Shown: positions 28,234 through 41,331, counted from the stretch's first letter. The stretch is 64,000 nucleotides of DNA from Candidatus Krumholzibacteriia bacterium (GCA_041484665.1 JBGPIA010000002.1:96001-160000); one strand, 5' to 3'. Made by a program: numbers and translations. Notes: a model not told the origin generated them from the sequence alone.

Positions 28234-31218
28234 ATGAATCCCCCGCACCTCTGCCCGGGCTGCTCCCCTGCGGCCGCGCCGTGGCCTCGCCGCCGCTCGC
28301 CTTGGGCCCCGCCCGCTCTGCTGCGCTTTGCGGCGCTGGTGATGCTGTTGATCGCGCCGGCTGCCCGCGCAACGACGCTCTCGCCCAGCCATCCGGTCTG
28401 GCGCACGCCGGGCGTGGACCTGGACGCGCTGGCGCGCGAGCTGGGGCGGCTGCGCGAGACCAGCCGTATCCCGCTTGCGTCGCCGCGCGCGAGGCCCGCG
28501 TCCGCCGCGCCGCAGGGCAAGCTGCGCCTGGGCCCGCAGATGCTGGCAGGGCCCGCGGGAACGCCGTCCTATGGTTCGCGCGTGCTCGTGATCCCCGTGC
28601 TCTTCGCCGACGGCCCAGCGGACCCACCGGTGGCGCGCGAGGAGCTGGAGCGACGGCTTTTCGATCGCGCGGCACGGGCCAGCTACGCTTCGTTCTTGGC
28701 CGACGCCAGCCGCGGCGCGTTCACGCCCGCGGGCACGGTGGTGCCCTGGATGCGTCTGCCGCAGACCCGCGGGTACTACTCCAACGTGCGCGACGGGGTG
28801 GCCGTGGGCAACGCTGGACCGCACCAGATGGTCCGCGACGCCGTCTGCGGCGCCGCCCGGTTCGTCGACGTCAGCAGCTTCGACAGCGACGGCCCCGACG
28901 GCCTCCCCGGCAGCGGCGACGACGATGGACGCATCGACCTGCTGCTGGTGCTGCAGCCCGACGTGGCGTTCGAGGTCGATCCCTCCCCGCAGGGCAATCG
29001 CTTCCTGTCGCACATGGACCGCGCGCCCAGCGCGGCGATCCATGGCGAGTGCGGCGTGGGCGCGGACCCCTACGTGATGGTCTCCGCCCAGGGGCCGCTG
29101 GGAGTATGGGTGCACGAGACGATGCACCTGCTGGGACTCGAGGATCTCTACGATGTGAGCGTGCACGACGCGCGCACCGTGCGTCGCGGGCTGGGCATCT
29201 GGTCGCTGATGGCCGACGGCGCGTGGGGCGGTGGCGGCGAGCGGCCCAGCGATCTCGACGCCCTCAGCCGCTCGCTCTTGGGCTGGGGGACGGAGCAGGA
29301 CGTCTCCTCGGGCGGCGCGTTCGTGCTCCCCCCGTCGGAGACGGAGCAGGCTCCCTGGCTGCGGCTGTGCCCGCTGGGGCCGTGGATCGGGGAGTCCTTC
29401 CTGTTGGAGGTGCGCCGGCCGCGCCCGGACCGCACCGCCGACTCCGCGCTGCCGGGCGCGGGCGTGCTACTGTACCACGTCGACGACGCCTTCCCGCTCA
29501 ATTGCATGTCGCCCACGACGTGCGGGGCCGAGCCGGGCGCATGGGTCGAGCTGCTGCAGGCCGACGGGCGTGGCGACCTCGAGCAACGGGTCAACTGGGG
29601 TGACGCGACCGATCCGTACACCGGAGCCGCGGGCTCCGACCGCGCGGCGAACGACACCGACCCGTCGACGCGTAGCCATCATGACGACGCAGAGCACGTC
29701 CCCCCCGTGATCGCGATCGGTCCGGCGGATGGCAGCGGGGCCCACGCCGTCACGATCACGCTCGCGCCGACCCCGCGGCTGCGCCTGTTGCGCGCGGTCT
29801 TCCCCGACGCCGCCACGGGGCCGCGTGTTTGGCTTCGCCCTGGGGAGACCAGTCCGTGGGACCTGGCCTTCCGCGACGCCGGACCGCCGGCTCGGGTTGC
29901 GCAGGTGCGCGTGCTGGGCGCGGACCCCGACGTGCAGATCCTGGGATCGGACCCGATCGTGCTGCAGCTGGCCGGAGGCGAATGGAGACCCGCCGACTCG
30001 CTGGCCGTGCGCACCGCCGCTGCTGCCGCGCCCGGCACGGCGCCTGCAGTGCGCTTGGGGCTGAGCGTCGACGGAGGCGTCGAGCGGGTGCTGGAGCTGG
30101 GCGTCCCCATCGGGTTCTTGCCGGGCCTGGCCGGCGAGGCCTTCAACTCCTGGACCCCAGAGGCGCTGGCTGCGCCGGCCACCCCGACCGTGTTCGTGCC
30201 ACTTGCGGTGCAGGAGCTGCCGCTCCCCGCGGTCGCGGGATGGCAGACGCTTGCCAACGGCGCGCCGGGCTACGCTCCCGACGCGGATGTTGCGCTCTCC
30301 AGCCCGTGGTTTGCCGTGCCCGCGATGGGCGAGCTCGTCTTCTGGTCGCGCATGGGATCGGAGGGGGGACAGCCGGGCGAGGCGTGGGACGGGGGCGTCG
30401 TGGAGCTGTGGGATCCCGAGCATGGATGGCAACCGGTCGTGCCCAGCGCGGGTCCGCTGGTGCGCATTGCCCACCGGAGCACGGCCGCGACGCGCGGCCG
30501 CATCGGCCTGGGCGCGGGCCCGTGGCCATGGTCGGGAGTGCGCGCCCCGCTCCCGGCGGCCCCGTGGCCGGAGCGCGTCCGTCTGCGCTTTGCCTCCAAC
30601 GGCGCGATCCAGAAGCAGGGGTGGGGACTGGCGGCCGCGGGAACCGAGCCGTCGCCTGGGTTCGCGACGTTGCGCGTTACGCGCCCGCCCGGCGGGAGCC
30701 CGACCGTTGATGCCGAGATCAGAGGCGACCTGCCCGGCATCGCGACGGTGCGGCTGGCCTGGCGGGAACCATTCACGAGCGCGTGCGATACCTGCTGGAC
30801 CGCTCTGGACCCGGTGCGCGCGTACACCCCGTCGTCGCCGCGGGTGAGCTTCCCCTTGGTCTTGCCGCAGGAGGTGCGCATCGCGACCCTGGGGCTGTTC
30901 AGCGTGGAGGCGCCGCGCATCCTGCTCGGCACCGCCGGATATCGTACCCCGGATCCTGCGACCCTGCGGCTCGCCGCCGCTCCCAATCCGGCGGTGGACG
31001 TCATGCAGATCGAAGTGGCGCCGCAAGCCGCGGCCCAGGTGTTGCGCATCCACGACCTGCGCGGCCGCCAGGTGCGCTCCGTCGTGGTCCCCCCGTACGT
31101 CGTGCTGGCGCCGTGGGACGGGCGGGACGACCGGGGCACGCGCGTCGCCAGCGGCGTCTACGTGGTCTCGCTCGATGGTAACGCGAGCGTGCGGCTGGCG
31201 GTGACCTTCCTGAGGTGA
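28234..31218 (+). CDS. Secreted M6-family (InhA-like) metalloprotease with a C-terminal FlgD-Ig/T9SS-type domain
   Basis: Signal peptide; VLVIPVLFAD; HETMHLLGLEDLY; WSLMADGAW; GVLLYHVDD; C-terminal APNP...LRIHDLRGRQVR...WDGRDDRGTRVASGVY. Confidence 0.82.
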   Translation: MNPPHLCPGCSPAAAPWPRRRSPWAPPALLRFAALVMLLIAPAARATTLSPSHPVWRTPGVDLDALARELGRLRETSRIPLASPRARPASAAPQGKLRLGPQMLAGPAGTPSYGSRVLVIPVLFADGPADPPVAREELERRLFDRAARASYASFLADASRGAFTPAGTVVPWMRLPQTRGYYSNVRDGVAVGNAGPHQMVRDAVCGAARFVDVSSFDSDGPDGLPGSGDDDGRIDLLLVLQPDVAFEVDPSPQGNRFLSHMDRAPSAAIHGECGVGADPYVMVSAQGPLGVWVHETMHLLGLEDLYDVSVHDARTVRRGLGIWSLMADGAWGGGGERPSDLDALSRSLLGWGTEQDVSSGGAFVLPPSETEQAPWLRLCPLGPWIGESFLLEVRRPRPDRTADSALPGAGVLLYHVDDAFPLNCMSPTTCGAEPGAWVELLQADGRGDLEQRVNWGDATDPYTGAAGSDRAANDTDPSTRSHHDDAEHVPPVIAIGPADGSGAHAVTITLAPTPRLRLLRAVFPDAATGPRVWLRPGETSPWDLAFRDAGPPARVAQVRVLGADPDVQILGSDPIVLQLAGGEWRPADSLAVRTAAAAAPGTAPAVRLGLSVDGGVERVLELGVPIGFLPGLAGEAFNSWTPEALAAPATPTVFVPLAVQELPLPAVAGWQTLANGAPGYAPDADVALSSPWFAVPAMGELVFWSRMGSEGGQPGEAWDGGVVELWDPEHGWQPVVPSAGPLVRIAHRSTAATRGRIGLGAGPWPWSGVRAPLPAAPWPERVRLRFASNGAIQKQGWGLAAAGTEPSPGFATLRVTRPPGGSPTVDAEIRGDLPGIATVRLAWREPFTSACDTCWTALDPVRAYTPSSPRVSFPLVLPQEVRIATLGLFSVEAPRILLGTAGYRTPDPATLRLAAAPNPAVDVMQIEVAPQAAAQVLRIHDLRGRQVRSVVVPPYVVLAPWDGRDDRGTRVASGVYVVSLDGNASVRLAVTFLR

Positions 31219-33668
31219 TGACGCCACGGCGATCCTCGTCGGGCGTGCGGCGCCTGCGACTGGCTGTACCAGCACGCCGCGCGCCCAAGCGCGGGCGCGC
31301 CCGTCGCTGCGACGCTGTGCGGGTGGCAGCGGCTGCCACGTCACGCCTCGCTCCACCAAGGCAGCCGGCGACGATCGCTACGCTGGCCGCGCTCGCCGTG
31401 CTGGCGACGTCTGCGCTGGCGCGCGCCGACCCGCCCACGCCAGGCTCGGTGCCCGTGCCCGCCGCGCGCATCCTGCTGCTGGGGCTGACGGCGATAACGC
31501 AGGGGAGCCCGCCCATCGACCCGGCGGACCGCTACGCGATCGGGGTCGCGCTGGCCGACTCATCGCTCGTGGGCGCGGCGCTGCGCGATCCGGGCTGGCC
31601 GGCGCCGTTGCGCGCGTGGTTGCGCGCCAGGGAGCTCGCGCAGGCCTCGGAGTGGTTGGGAGCGGCCGTCGCAGCGCGCGAGGCGCACGCGGGCTGGCGC
31701 GCCGACTCCACGCTGGCCAACGAGCCCGCGCTGGTCGTGGCGCAGCTCGATCGCGACGCGGTGCGCTTCGCACTCGAGTCGCAGGACTCGACGATGGCGC
31801 AGACGCTGCTCGCCGCCGCGCTGGCGGACCACACCGGCGACGCGCGCTGGCGGGCGCTAGCGGCCGCCTGCGACCGCGCCTGTGGCCGCGGCCGCCGCGC
31901 CCGGGAGGGCTTCGACTCAGCCTGGACTCAAGCAGACGAGACACAGCGGCGCGATGCGATCTTCGCCGGACGTGCGTTGGCGTACGCAGACGCCGGCGAT
32001 TCCCTAGCCGCGGGGCAAGCCTGGCTGGAGTTCGCGCGCGGGCTGCGCTTGGCCAGCGAGCAGCGGGGGGCGCTGGCGGTTTGGGACGGCTCGGCGCAAC
32101 TGCGCCGGGCGGCCGATCGCCCCGCAACCCGTCTGCCCGTGGCGCGCTGGCTCGCGGGCCTGGTGCGCCGCGAGGAGGCGCTCGCGCTCGCGCTCTCCGC
32201 GTGGCGCCACGGCGACGCGCGCGAATCGGCCGCGGGCTTCGTGGAGGCGGCCGAGCAGCTGTACAAGATGCGCCGCCACGACGAGCTGGCACAGCACCTG
32301 GCGCGACGCTGGCCTCGCGCGCTCGACAAGCAGGAGCGCGCGATGCTGGCCGCCTATCCGTGGGACGTCGAACGTCGCGTAAGCCCGACGTTGCGCGTCG
32401 CGCACGGGTTCGACGACGTGGCCGCGCGCTTTGGCGGCTGCGATCGGGGCGGCGAGGCGCTGTGGGAGGCGGCCTGGGTGTGGGAGCTGGCGGGCCAGCC
32501 GGCGGCGGCTCAGCGGCGCTACCTGCGCTATCTGAAGCTGCACCCCCGCGGGCCTTACGCGGAAGGCAGCGCGCTGCGCGCGATCTACCTGCCGTTCGCC
32601 GCGGGGCACCCGTTGCAGGCCCTCGAGCGCTTCCGCGCGTACCGCGGACTGTTGCACGGGGAGATGGAGGACGCCTGCGCGCTGTGGATCGCGGCGCGCG
32701 CGGCGCAGCAATTGCCCGACACGACCACGAGCCGGAGCCTCTGGGCAGAAATCGCCGGCCGCTACGGCGACTCCCCGCTTGCGGGGCCGCTGCCGCGGGG
32801 CGGCGCGCCGCCGGTGGCGGTGGATGGCCCCATGATTGCCGCCGCCGCGGAGTCCCTGGTGCAGCGGCAAGCCTTGGCGTTCGCGGGGCTGGCGGCGGAG
32901 GTCGGCGATTCGTCCCTCGCGCGACGCGCGCCTGCCGCGCTCGTCGGCATCGAGCGCCTGCTGCGACTGGGGCTGTTCGAGGAGGGTGAGCGGGAGCTTT
33001 TGTCCTGGGCTGCTGTGCGCCGCGCTGACGCCCGTGCGCAGCTGGCTGCCGCGGCCGTGGCATGGCGAACGGGGCGTGGCGAGCCGCAGGTACGTCTGGT
33101 GGGGGCGCTGCAGGGCTTGCTGGCCGCGCGGCTCTCCCAGTTGCGCGACGCGCTGCGCGTGGCGGCCATGCCCACGCCCTACGCCGACGCAGTGCTGCAG
33201 GCCGCCGGCGTCACCGGCGTGCCGGCGCCCTTGCTGTGGGGCCTCATGCGCCGCGAGAGTCTGTTCGACGCAGGTGCCATCTCGCTCGCCGGCGCGCATG
33301 GCTTGATGCAGGTGATGCCGACGACGGCGGCCAGGGTGGCGCAGGGGTGGGGGATGCCCGCACCCGCCTCGCCGCTGCTGCGGCAGCCGGCGCTCAACGT
33401 GCGCATGGGGAGCGAGGAGGTCGGACGGTTGTTGCGGCGCTACGAGGGCGACCCCTACCGTGCGCTGGCCGCCTACAACGCTGGGGAGCCCAACGCCGAG
33501 CGCTGGGAGGCCCGGCGCGGCCCGCATCAGCCTACCCCGGAGTACCTGCTGCTGGTCAGCTTCACGGAGACGCGTCAGTACATCTTCTATGTGCTGAGCT
33601 ACGCCCGATCCTACGAGCGCGCCTACCCGGTGCTGGCCTGCGGGCAGCCCCGCCCCGCCACTCCCTGA
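31215..33668 (+). CDS. Soluble lytic transglycosylase (Slt-like) with a helical/TPR N-terminal region
   Basis: LMRRESLF, GAHGLMQVMP, ALAAYNAGE, ETRQY; GTGA overlap with the upstream gene. Confidence 0.85.
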   Translation: MMTPRRSSSGVRRLRLAVPARRAPKRGRARRCDAVRVAAAATSRLAPPRQPATIATLAALAVLATSALARADPPTPGSVPVPAARILLLGLTAITQGSPPIDPADRYAIGVALADSSLVGAALRDPGWPAPLRAWLRARELAQASEWLGAAVAAREAHAGWRADSTLANEPALVVAQLDRDAVRFALESQDSTMAQTLLAAALADHTGDARWRALAAACDRACGRGRRAREGFDSAWTQADETQRRDAIFAGRALAYADAGDSLAAGQAWLEFARGLRLASEQRGALAVWDGSAQLRRAADRPATRLPVARWLAGLVRREEALALALSAWRHGDARESAAGFVEAAEQLYKMRRHDELAQHLARRWPRALDKQERAMLAAYPWDVERRVSPTLRVAHGFDDVAARFGGCDRGGEALWEAAWVWELAGQPAAAQRRYLRYLKLHPRGPYAEGSALRAIYLPFAAGHPLQALERFRAYRGLLHGEMEDACALWIAARAAQQLPDTTTSRSLWAEIAGRYGDSPLAGPLPRGGAPPVAVDGPMIAAAAESLVQRQALAFAGLAAEVGDSSLARRAPAALVGIERLLRLGLFEEGERELLSWAAVRRADARAQLAAAAVAWRTGRGEPQVRLVGALQGLLAARLSQLRDALRVAAMPTPYADAVLQAAGVTGVPAPLLWGLMRRESLFDAGAISLAGAHGLMQVMPTTAARVAQGWGMPAPASPLLRQPALNVRMGSEEVGRLLRRYEGDPYRALAAYNAGEPNAERWEARRGPHQPTPEYLLLVSFTETRQYIFYVLSYARSYERAYPVLACGQPRPATP

Positions 33669-33760
33669 GCCCGCGCCCGTTGCGTCCGCAGCGCCACGGG
33701 TCAGCCCGCCCCGCCGGCGTCAGCCCGTCGTCGCCGTCCCCGCGCCGCCCAAGCGCTTGC

Positions 33761-33776
33761 TGGCAGGAGGCTTGCA
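33761..33776 (+). promoter_or_regulatory. Sigma54 (-24/-12) promoter upstream of the TPR/DnaJ pair
   Basis: TGGCAG-GAGGC-TTGCA; GG and GC 10 nt apart; intergenic. Confidence 0.72.
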
Positions 33777-33853
33777 AGGAGGCAATCCCGGCCGACCCGC
33801 GGCGGGGACCCGGCAGCGATCACGCCCCATCGTATGCGCAGCGGGGAGCGCGG

Positions 33854-34777
33854 ATGTTCCTCAGAAGAATCTTCAACCTGATCCCAAAAGATCCCTTCTT
33901 TGAAGCACTTGACCTGATCAATCGGGGTGAGTTCGAGGCCGCTCTGCCCCGGCTGCAAGGGCTTGGGGACAGCCGCAACGCGGGGATCCGGCAGAAGGCA
34001 CGCTTGTATGCCTGCGAGGCGCACCTGCAGCTCGGCGACCAGGTTGCCGCCACATCGCCCGAGGAGGGCCTGCGGCACTACCAGGCTGCCAGCGATCTGG
34101 AACCCCGCTTCGCGGACATCCACAACAAGGTAGGGGAGACCAGCCGCCGCCTCGGGCGCATCGCGAACGCGGAGGAGGCGTTCCGCCGGGCGCTTGCCAT
34201 CAATGCGCGCTACTTTGCCGCCCAGCTCAACCTCGCCGAGCTGCTGGTGGTCACCGGGCGCGCGGACCAGGCGCTCGAGGAGCTGCGGCGGTTGGAGACA
34301 TTCTGCCCTCCGCTCTATCAGGAGATGGTCCACGACCTGGTGGGCGCGTGCGAGCGCGGTGGCCCGCAGGACCATGCCGTCACGTTCCTGGAGATCCGCA
34401 AGCTGATGCCGACGCGTCTGGAGGTCGCGCGTCAGGCGGCCCAGGCGGCGATCCGGCGCGGTGAGCCGGAGGTCGCGCAGCGGCTCGTCCAGGATCTGCT
34501 CAAGGAGCACCCGCAGTTTCCTGATCTGCACCACATCCTGGGGTTGGCGTACGGCGAGCTCGGGCGCGCGGACGACGCGATCCTCGAGTTCCAGACGGCG
34601 CTGGCGATCAACCCCAACTTTCTCAAGGCGAGGATCAACCTCGGGATCTCCCTCATGGAGCAGGGGCGGCGCGACGAGGCCCGCCGCGAGCTGCTGCGCG
34701 TGCTGGAGATCGATCCCGCCAATCCGCTGGTCGAGAGCGCGCTGGCCGAGCTGGCCGGCGCGCGGACCGGAAGCTAG
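33854..34777 (+). CDS. Tetratricopeptide repeat protein
   Basis: Repeated TPR units (PRFADIHNKVG..AFRRALAINARY; PQFPDLHHILG..FQTALAINPNF..ARINLG); GGGGAG SD; no signal peptide. Confidence 0.85.
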   Translation: MFLRRIFNLIPKDPFFEALDLINRGEFEAALPRLQGLGDSRNAGIRQKARLYACEAHLQLGDQVAATSPEEGLRHYQAASDLEPRFADIHNKVGETSRRLGRIANAEEAFRRALAINARYFAAQLNLAELLVVTGRADQALEELRRLETFCPPLYQEMVHDLVGACERGGPQDHAVTFLEIRKLMPTRLEVARQAAQAAIRRGEPEVAQRLVQDLLKEHPQFPDLHHILGLAYGELGRADDAILEFQTALAINPNFLKARINLGISLMEQGRRDEARRELLRVLEIDPANPLVESALAELAGARTGS

Positions 34778-34783
34778 CCGGCT

Positions 34784-35503
34784 ATGGCGCAGCAGGAGCT
34801 TGCCCAGGTCGATCTCTACCAGATCCTGGAGGTTCCTCCGGCCGCGCGGACGGAGGAGGTCCGGCGCGCGTACTTCCGGCTCGCCAAGCGTTTCCACCCC
34901 GACCATCGCGAGGGCGGCGACCAGGAGGCCACCGAGCGCTTCATCGCGATCCAGCAAGCCTACAAGATCCTCACCAGCCCCATCGAGCGGGAGAAATACG
35001 ATGCGTTGCGCCGCAAGGGCAAGCCCGCGGAGCAGCCGGCTCCGGCTCCTGGAGAGCCCGCGCCCATGGGGCGCCGGGCGGCGGCCAAGGAGCAGGACAA
35101 GGACGCCCGGCGGGCCTACCTGCACGCGCAACAGCTCATCGAGCAGGGCGACGCTGGACGCGCCGTGGAGATCCTGCGCGTGCTGGTCAAGACCGTCCCG
35201 GACAACCTCGCCTACCAATCGCTCTACGGCTACGCCCTGAGCATCAAAGGGCGCAAGCTGCACACCGCGCGCGATCTCTGCCGCCGCGCCGTGGAAGCCG
35301 AGCCCTACAACTCCGACTTCCACGCCCATCTGGGCTGCGTCTACGTGCGGGCCGGACTGGGACGGACGGCCCAGTCCTGCTTCGAGGAGGCGCTGCGCTG
35401 GGACCCCAACCATCCCCTGGCCCTGCGCCACCTCAAGCCGGCGGAGAGCGCGCCGGCCGCGGGTCTCGGCTGGCTGCGCAACCTGCTGGGACGCAAAAAG
35501 TAG
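34784..35503 (+). CDS. DnaJ (J-domain) plus TPR protein
   Basis: DLYQILEV..RRAYFRLAKRFHPD..ERFIAIQQAYKIL..REKYD, followed by TPRs. Confidence 0.9.
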   Translation: MAQQELAQVDLYQILEVPPAARTEEVRRAYFRLAKRFHPDHREGGDQEATERFIAIQQAYKILTSPIEREKYDALRRKGKPAEQPAPAPGEPAPMGRRAAAKEQDKDARRAYLHAQQLIEQGDAGRAVEILRVLVKTVPDNLAYQSLYGYALSIKGRKLHTARDLCRRAVEAEPYNSDFHAHLGCVYVRAGLGRTAQSCFEEALRWDPNHPLALRHLKPAESAPAAGLGWLRNLLGRKK

Positions 35504-35540
35504 GCGCTTGCGGCCTGCACCGGTCGCTTCACCACCGCGC

Positions 35541-35570
35541 TTGACACCTCCGCCGCGCCGCACCTAGCTT
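35541..35570 (+). promoter_or_regulatory. Sigma70-like promoter of the cold-shock gene
   Basis: TTGACA-18 nt-TAGCTT. Confidence 0.6.
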
Positions 35571-35616
35571 TTCCTCGACCCCAATGCGCCGTGGACTTCC
35601 AGCCCTGGAGGTGTCG

Positions 35617-35820
35617 ATGGCCACGGGTGTCATTCGATGGTTCAACGAACTGCGGGGATACGGGTTCATCGAGCCATCCGACGCGACCGACACCCTCTAT
35701 GTGCATCACACGGACATCGTGGGCCGCGGCTATCGGTCCCTGCGGGCCGGCCAGCGGGTCCGCTACGAGGTCCAGACCCAAGAGGGCGTCACCCGCGCGG
35801 TCGAGGTGGAAACCTACTAG
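35617..35820 (+). CDS. csp: Cold-shock domain protein (CspA family)
   Basis: GVIRWFNELRGYGFI, LYVHHTDI, GYRSLRAGQRVRYEV; GGAGGT SD. Confidence 0.93.
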   Translation: MATGVIRWFNELRGYGFIEPSDATDTLYVHHTDIVGRGYRSLRAGQRVRYEVQTQEGVTRAVEVETY

Positions 35821-35864
35821 CTTGACCGCGGACATCCACGCGTCGGTGCAGCGCTCCTGCGGCG

Positions 35865-35902
35865 GGTCCCGCTCCGGCCCAGGGGCGGGACCGTTTCGTT
35901 CC
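35865..35902 (+). terminator. Intrinsic terminator after csp
   Basis: GGTCCCGCTCC-GGCCCA-GGGGCGGGACC followed by GTTTCGTT. Confidence 0.55.
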
Positions 35903-35946
35903 TCGACCCACCAGCACGCGAGCCCCCAACCCGACGACGGCGCGCA

Positions 35947-38988
<3,042 letters not shown>

Positions 38989-39019
38989 GGGGCACGCCAG
39001 CTGCTGCCGGGGAGCGGCC

Positions 39020-39048
39020 TTGCCTTTCGGTCCGCCTTTTGCCATCCT
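39020..39048 (+). promoter_or_regulatory. Sigma70-like promoter of the topA operon
   Basis: TTGCCT-17 nt-CATCCT with an extended TG. Confidence 0.4.
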
Positions 39049-39102
39049 GTGCGGCCGTTGCCGGGACGGACAGGTGTCCCGCATCCCCCGGCGGCCTGCT
39101 GT

Positions 39103-41331
39103 ATGCGCAAGAACCTCGTCATCGTCGAGTCGCCGGCCAAGGCGAAGACCATCGGCAAGTACCTTGGCAAGGGGTACAAAGTCATGGCCTCCGTCGGCCA
39201 CGTCATCGACCTGCCCAAGAGCCGGCTGGGGGTCGACATCGAGCACGGTTACGAGCCCGAGTACGTGACGATCAAGGGTAAGTCGAAGATCCTCAAGGAT
39301 CTGGCCAAGGAAGCGAAGACGTCCGATGAGGTGCTGCTCGCCACCGATCTCGACCGCGAGGGCGAGGCGATCGCCTGGCACATCGCCAACTACCTGAAGG
39401 AGAACAGTGCCCCCAAGCGCGGCAAAGCCGCGCGCAACGGGGTGCCGGAGATCCACCGGATCGTCTTCAACGAGATCACCAAGAGTGCGATCCAGAAGGC
39501 CATCGCCCAGAAGGGCGACATCGACGATCGCAAGGTCGACGCCCAGCAGGCCCGGCGCATCCTCGACCGCCTGGTCGGGTATCTGGTCAGCCCCCAGCTG
39601 TGGTCCATCTTCTACAAGGGGCTCAGCGCTGGGCGCGTGCAGACGGTCGCCCTGCGCTTGATCTGCGAGCGCGAGACCGAGATCGAGGCCTTCGTCGCCG
39701 AGGAGTACTGGACCCTCGACGCGTTGCTGCGCACCCCGGCCGGCGAGACGTTTCCGGCACAGGTCGCTCGCAAGGACGACAAGAAGCTCAAGCTGGGGAG
39801 CGCGGAGGAGGCCGCCGCCGCGCTGCGGGAGCTGGAAGGGCTGCCGCTCACGGTCACCTCGGTCACCCGGCGCACGCGGCATCGGGCGCCCCAGCCACCC
39901 TTCATCACCTCGACCCTGCAGATGGACGCAGCGCGCCGGCTCGGCTTCTCCAGCAAGAAGACGATGATGGTGGCCCAGCAGCTCTACGAGGGCGTGGAGC
40001 TGGGCGGTGAGGGCCCCGTGGGGCTCATCACCTACATGCGCACCGACTCGGTGCGCCTGTCCGACGACGCGCGCCGCAGCCTCGAGCAGGCCGTCACGCA
40101 GAGTTGGGGCGCGCGTTACCTGCCCGCGCAACCGCGCATCTACAAGGTCAGCGAGAAGGCCCAGGACGCCCACGAGGCCATCCGCCCCACCGACCTCGCG
40201 CGCAGCCCGGAGCAGGTCGCGGGTTTCCTCACCAAGGATCAACTGCGCCTCTACGAGGTCATCTGGGGGCGCACGCTGGCGAGCTTGATGTCCAACGCCG
40301 AGAGCGAGGCCACCAGCGTCGAGATCGCGGCCGGCCCCTACATGCTGCGCGCCACCGGCTCGGTGCCGACCTTCGACGGCTGGCTGGCGGCGTACTCCGA
40401 TCCAGGCGGGGCCAAGGAGACGGTGCTGCCGCCGCTGCAGGAGGGAATGGCACTCGCGCGGGAGTCGATCACGCCCACGCAGCACTTCACGCAGCCGCCG
40501 CCGCGCTACCGCGACAGCAGCCTGGTCAAGGAGCTGGAGAGCCGCGGCATCGGCCGTCCGTCCACGTACGCGTCGATCATCTCGGTGGTCCTGGAGCGCA
40601 AGTACGTCGAGCGCGAGAGCGGCGCCTTCAAGCCCACCCTGCTGGGGCGCGAGGTCTGGCGGGTGCTGGACGCCGCGCTGCCGCAGGTCTTCGAGGTGAC
40701 GTTCACCGCCGCCATGGAGGAGGAGCTGGACAAGGTCGAGCTGGGCCAGGAGCCGTGGCAGGACGTGGTCGACCACTTCTACGGCCCGCTCCACCGCCAG
40801 CTCGCGCTGCTGGAGGACAGCAAGCACGACCTGCGCCTGACGTTGCAACAGCCCACCGACCAGACCTGTCCCAAGTGTGGGCGCGGTCTCTTCATCAAGT
40901 GGGGGAGCAACGGCCGCTTCCTGGCCTGCCCGGGCTACCCCGAATGCAGGTTCACCAAGGGGCTGCCCGAGGACGAGATCCCCTACGACGAGGCCTGTCC
41001 CAGCTGCGGGCACAAGCTGGTGGTGAAGACGGGCCGCTACGGCCGCTTCGTCGCCTGCTCGTCGTACCCCGAGTGCCGCTTCACCAAGCCCTTCTCCACC
41101 GGAATCGTCTGCCCGCGCTGCAAAGAGGGCCAGCTGGTGGAGAAGCGCAGCAAGCGCGGGCGGGTCTTCTACGGCTGCTCGACCTATCCCAAGTGCGACA
41201 ACGCGCTGTGGAACAAGCCCGTGCCCACCGCTTGCCCCACCTGCCAGCACCCCTTCATGCTGGAGAAGTTCACCAAGGCGAAGGGCGCGTTCCTGCTGTG
41301 CCCGCAGTGCGCTCACGAAGAAGTGTCGTAG
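39103..41331 (+). CDS. topA: DNA topoisomerase I with C-terminal zinc ribbons
   Basis: LVIVESPAKAKTI, ATDLDREGE, SAGRVQ, GLITYMRTDS, GIGRPSTY, several CxxC ribbons. Confidence 0.98.
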   Translation: MRKNLVIVESPAKAKTIGKYLGKGYKVMASVGHVIDLPKSRLGVDIEHGYEPEYVTIKGKSKILKDLAKEAKTSDEVLLATDLDREGEAIAWHIANYLKENSAPKRGKAARNGVPEIHRIVFNEITKSAIQKAIAQKGDIDDRKVDAQQARRILDRLVGYLVSPQLWSIFYKGLSAGRVQTVALRLICERETEIEAFVAEEYWTLDALLRTPAGETFPAQVARKDDKKLKLGSAEEAAAALRELEGLPLTVTSVTRRTRHRAPQPPFITSTLQMDAARRLGFSSKKTMMVAQQLYEGVELGGEGPVGLITYMRTDSVRLSDDARRSLEQAVTQSWGARYLPAQPRIYKVSEKAQDAHEAIRPTDLARSPEQVAGFLTKDQLRLYEVIWGRTLASLMSNAESEATSVEIAAGPYMLRATGSVPTFDGWLAAYSDPGGAKETVLPPLQEGMALARESITPTQHFTQPPPRYRDSSLVKELESRGIGRPSTYASIISVVLERKYVERESGAFKPTLLGREVWRVLDAALPQVFEVTFTAAMEEELDKVELGQEPWQDVVDHFYGPLHRQLALLEDSKHDLRLTLQQPTDQTCPKCGRGLFIKWGSNGRFLACPGYPECRFTKGLPEDEIPYDEACPSCGHKLVVKTGRYGRFVACSSYPECRFTKPFSTGIVCPRCKEGQLVEKRSKRGRVFYGCSTYPKCDNALWNKPVPTACPTCQHPFMLEKFTKAKGAFLLCPQCAHEEVS

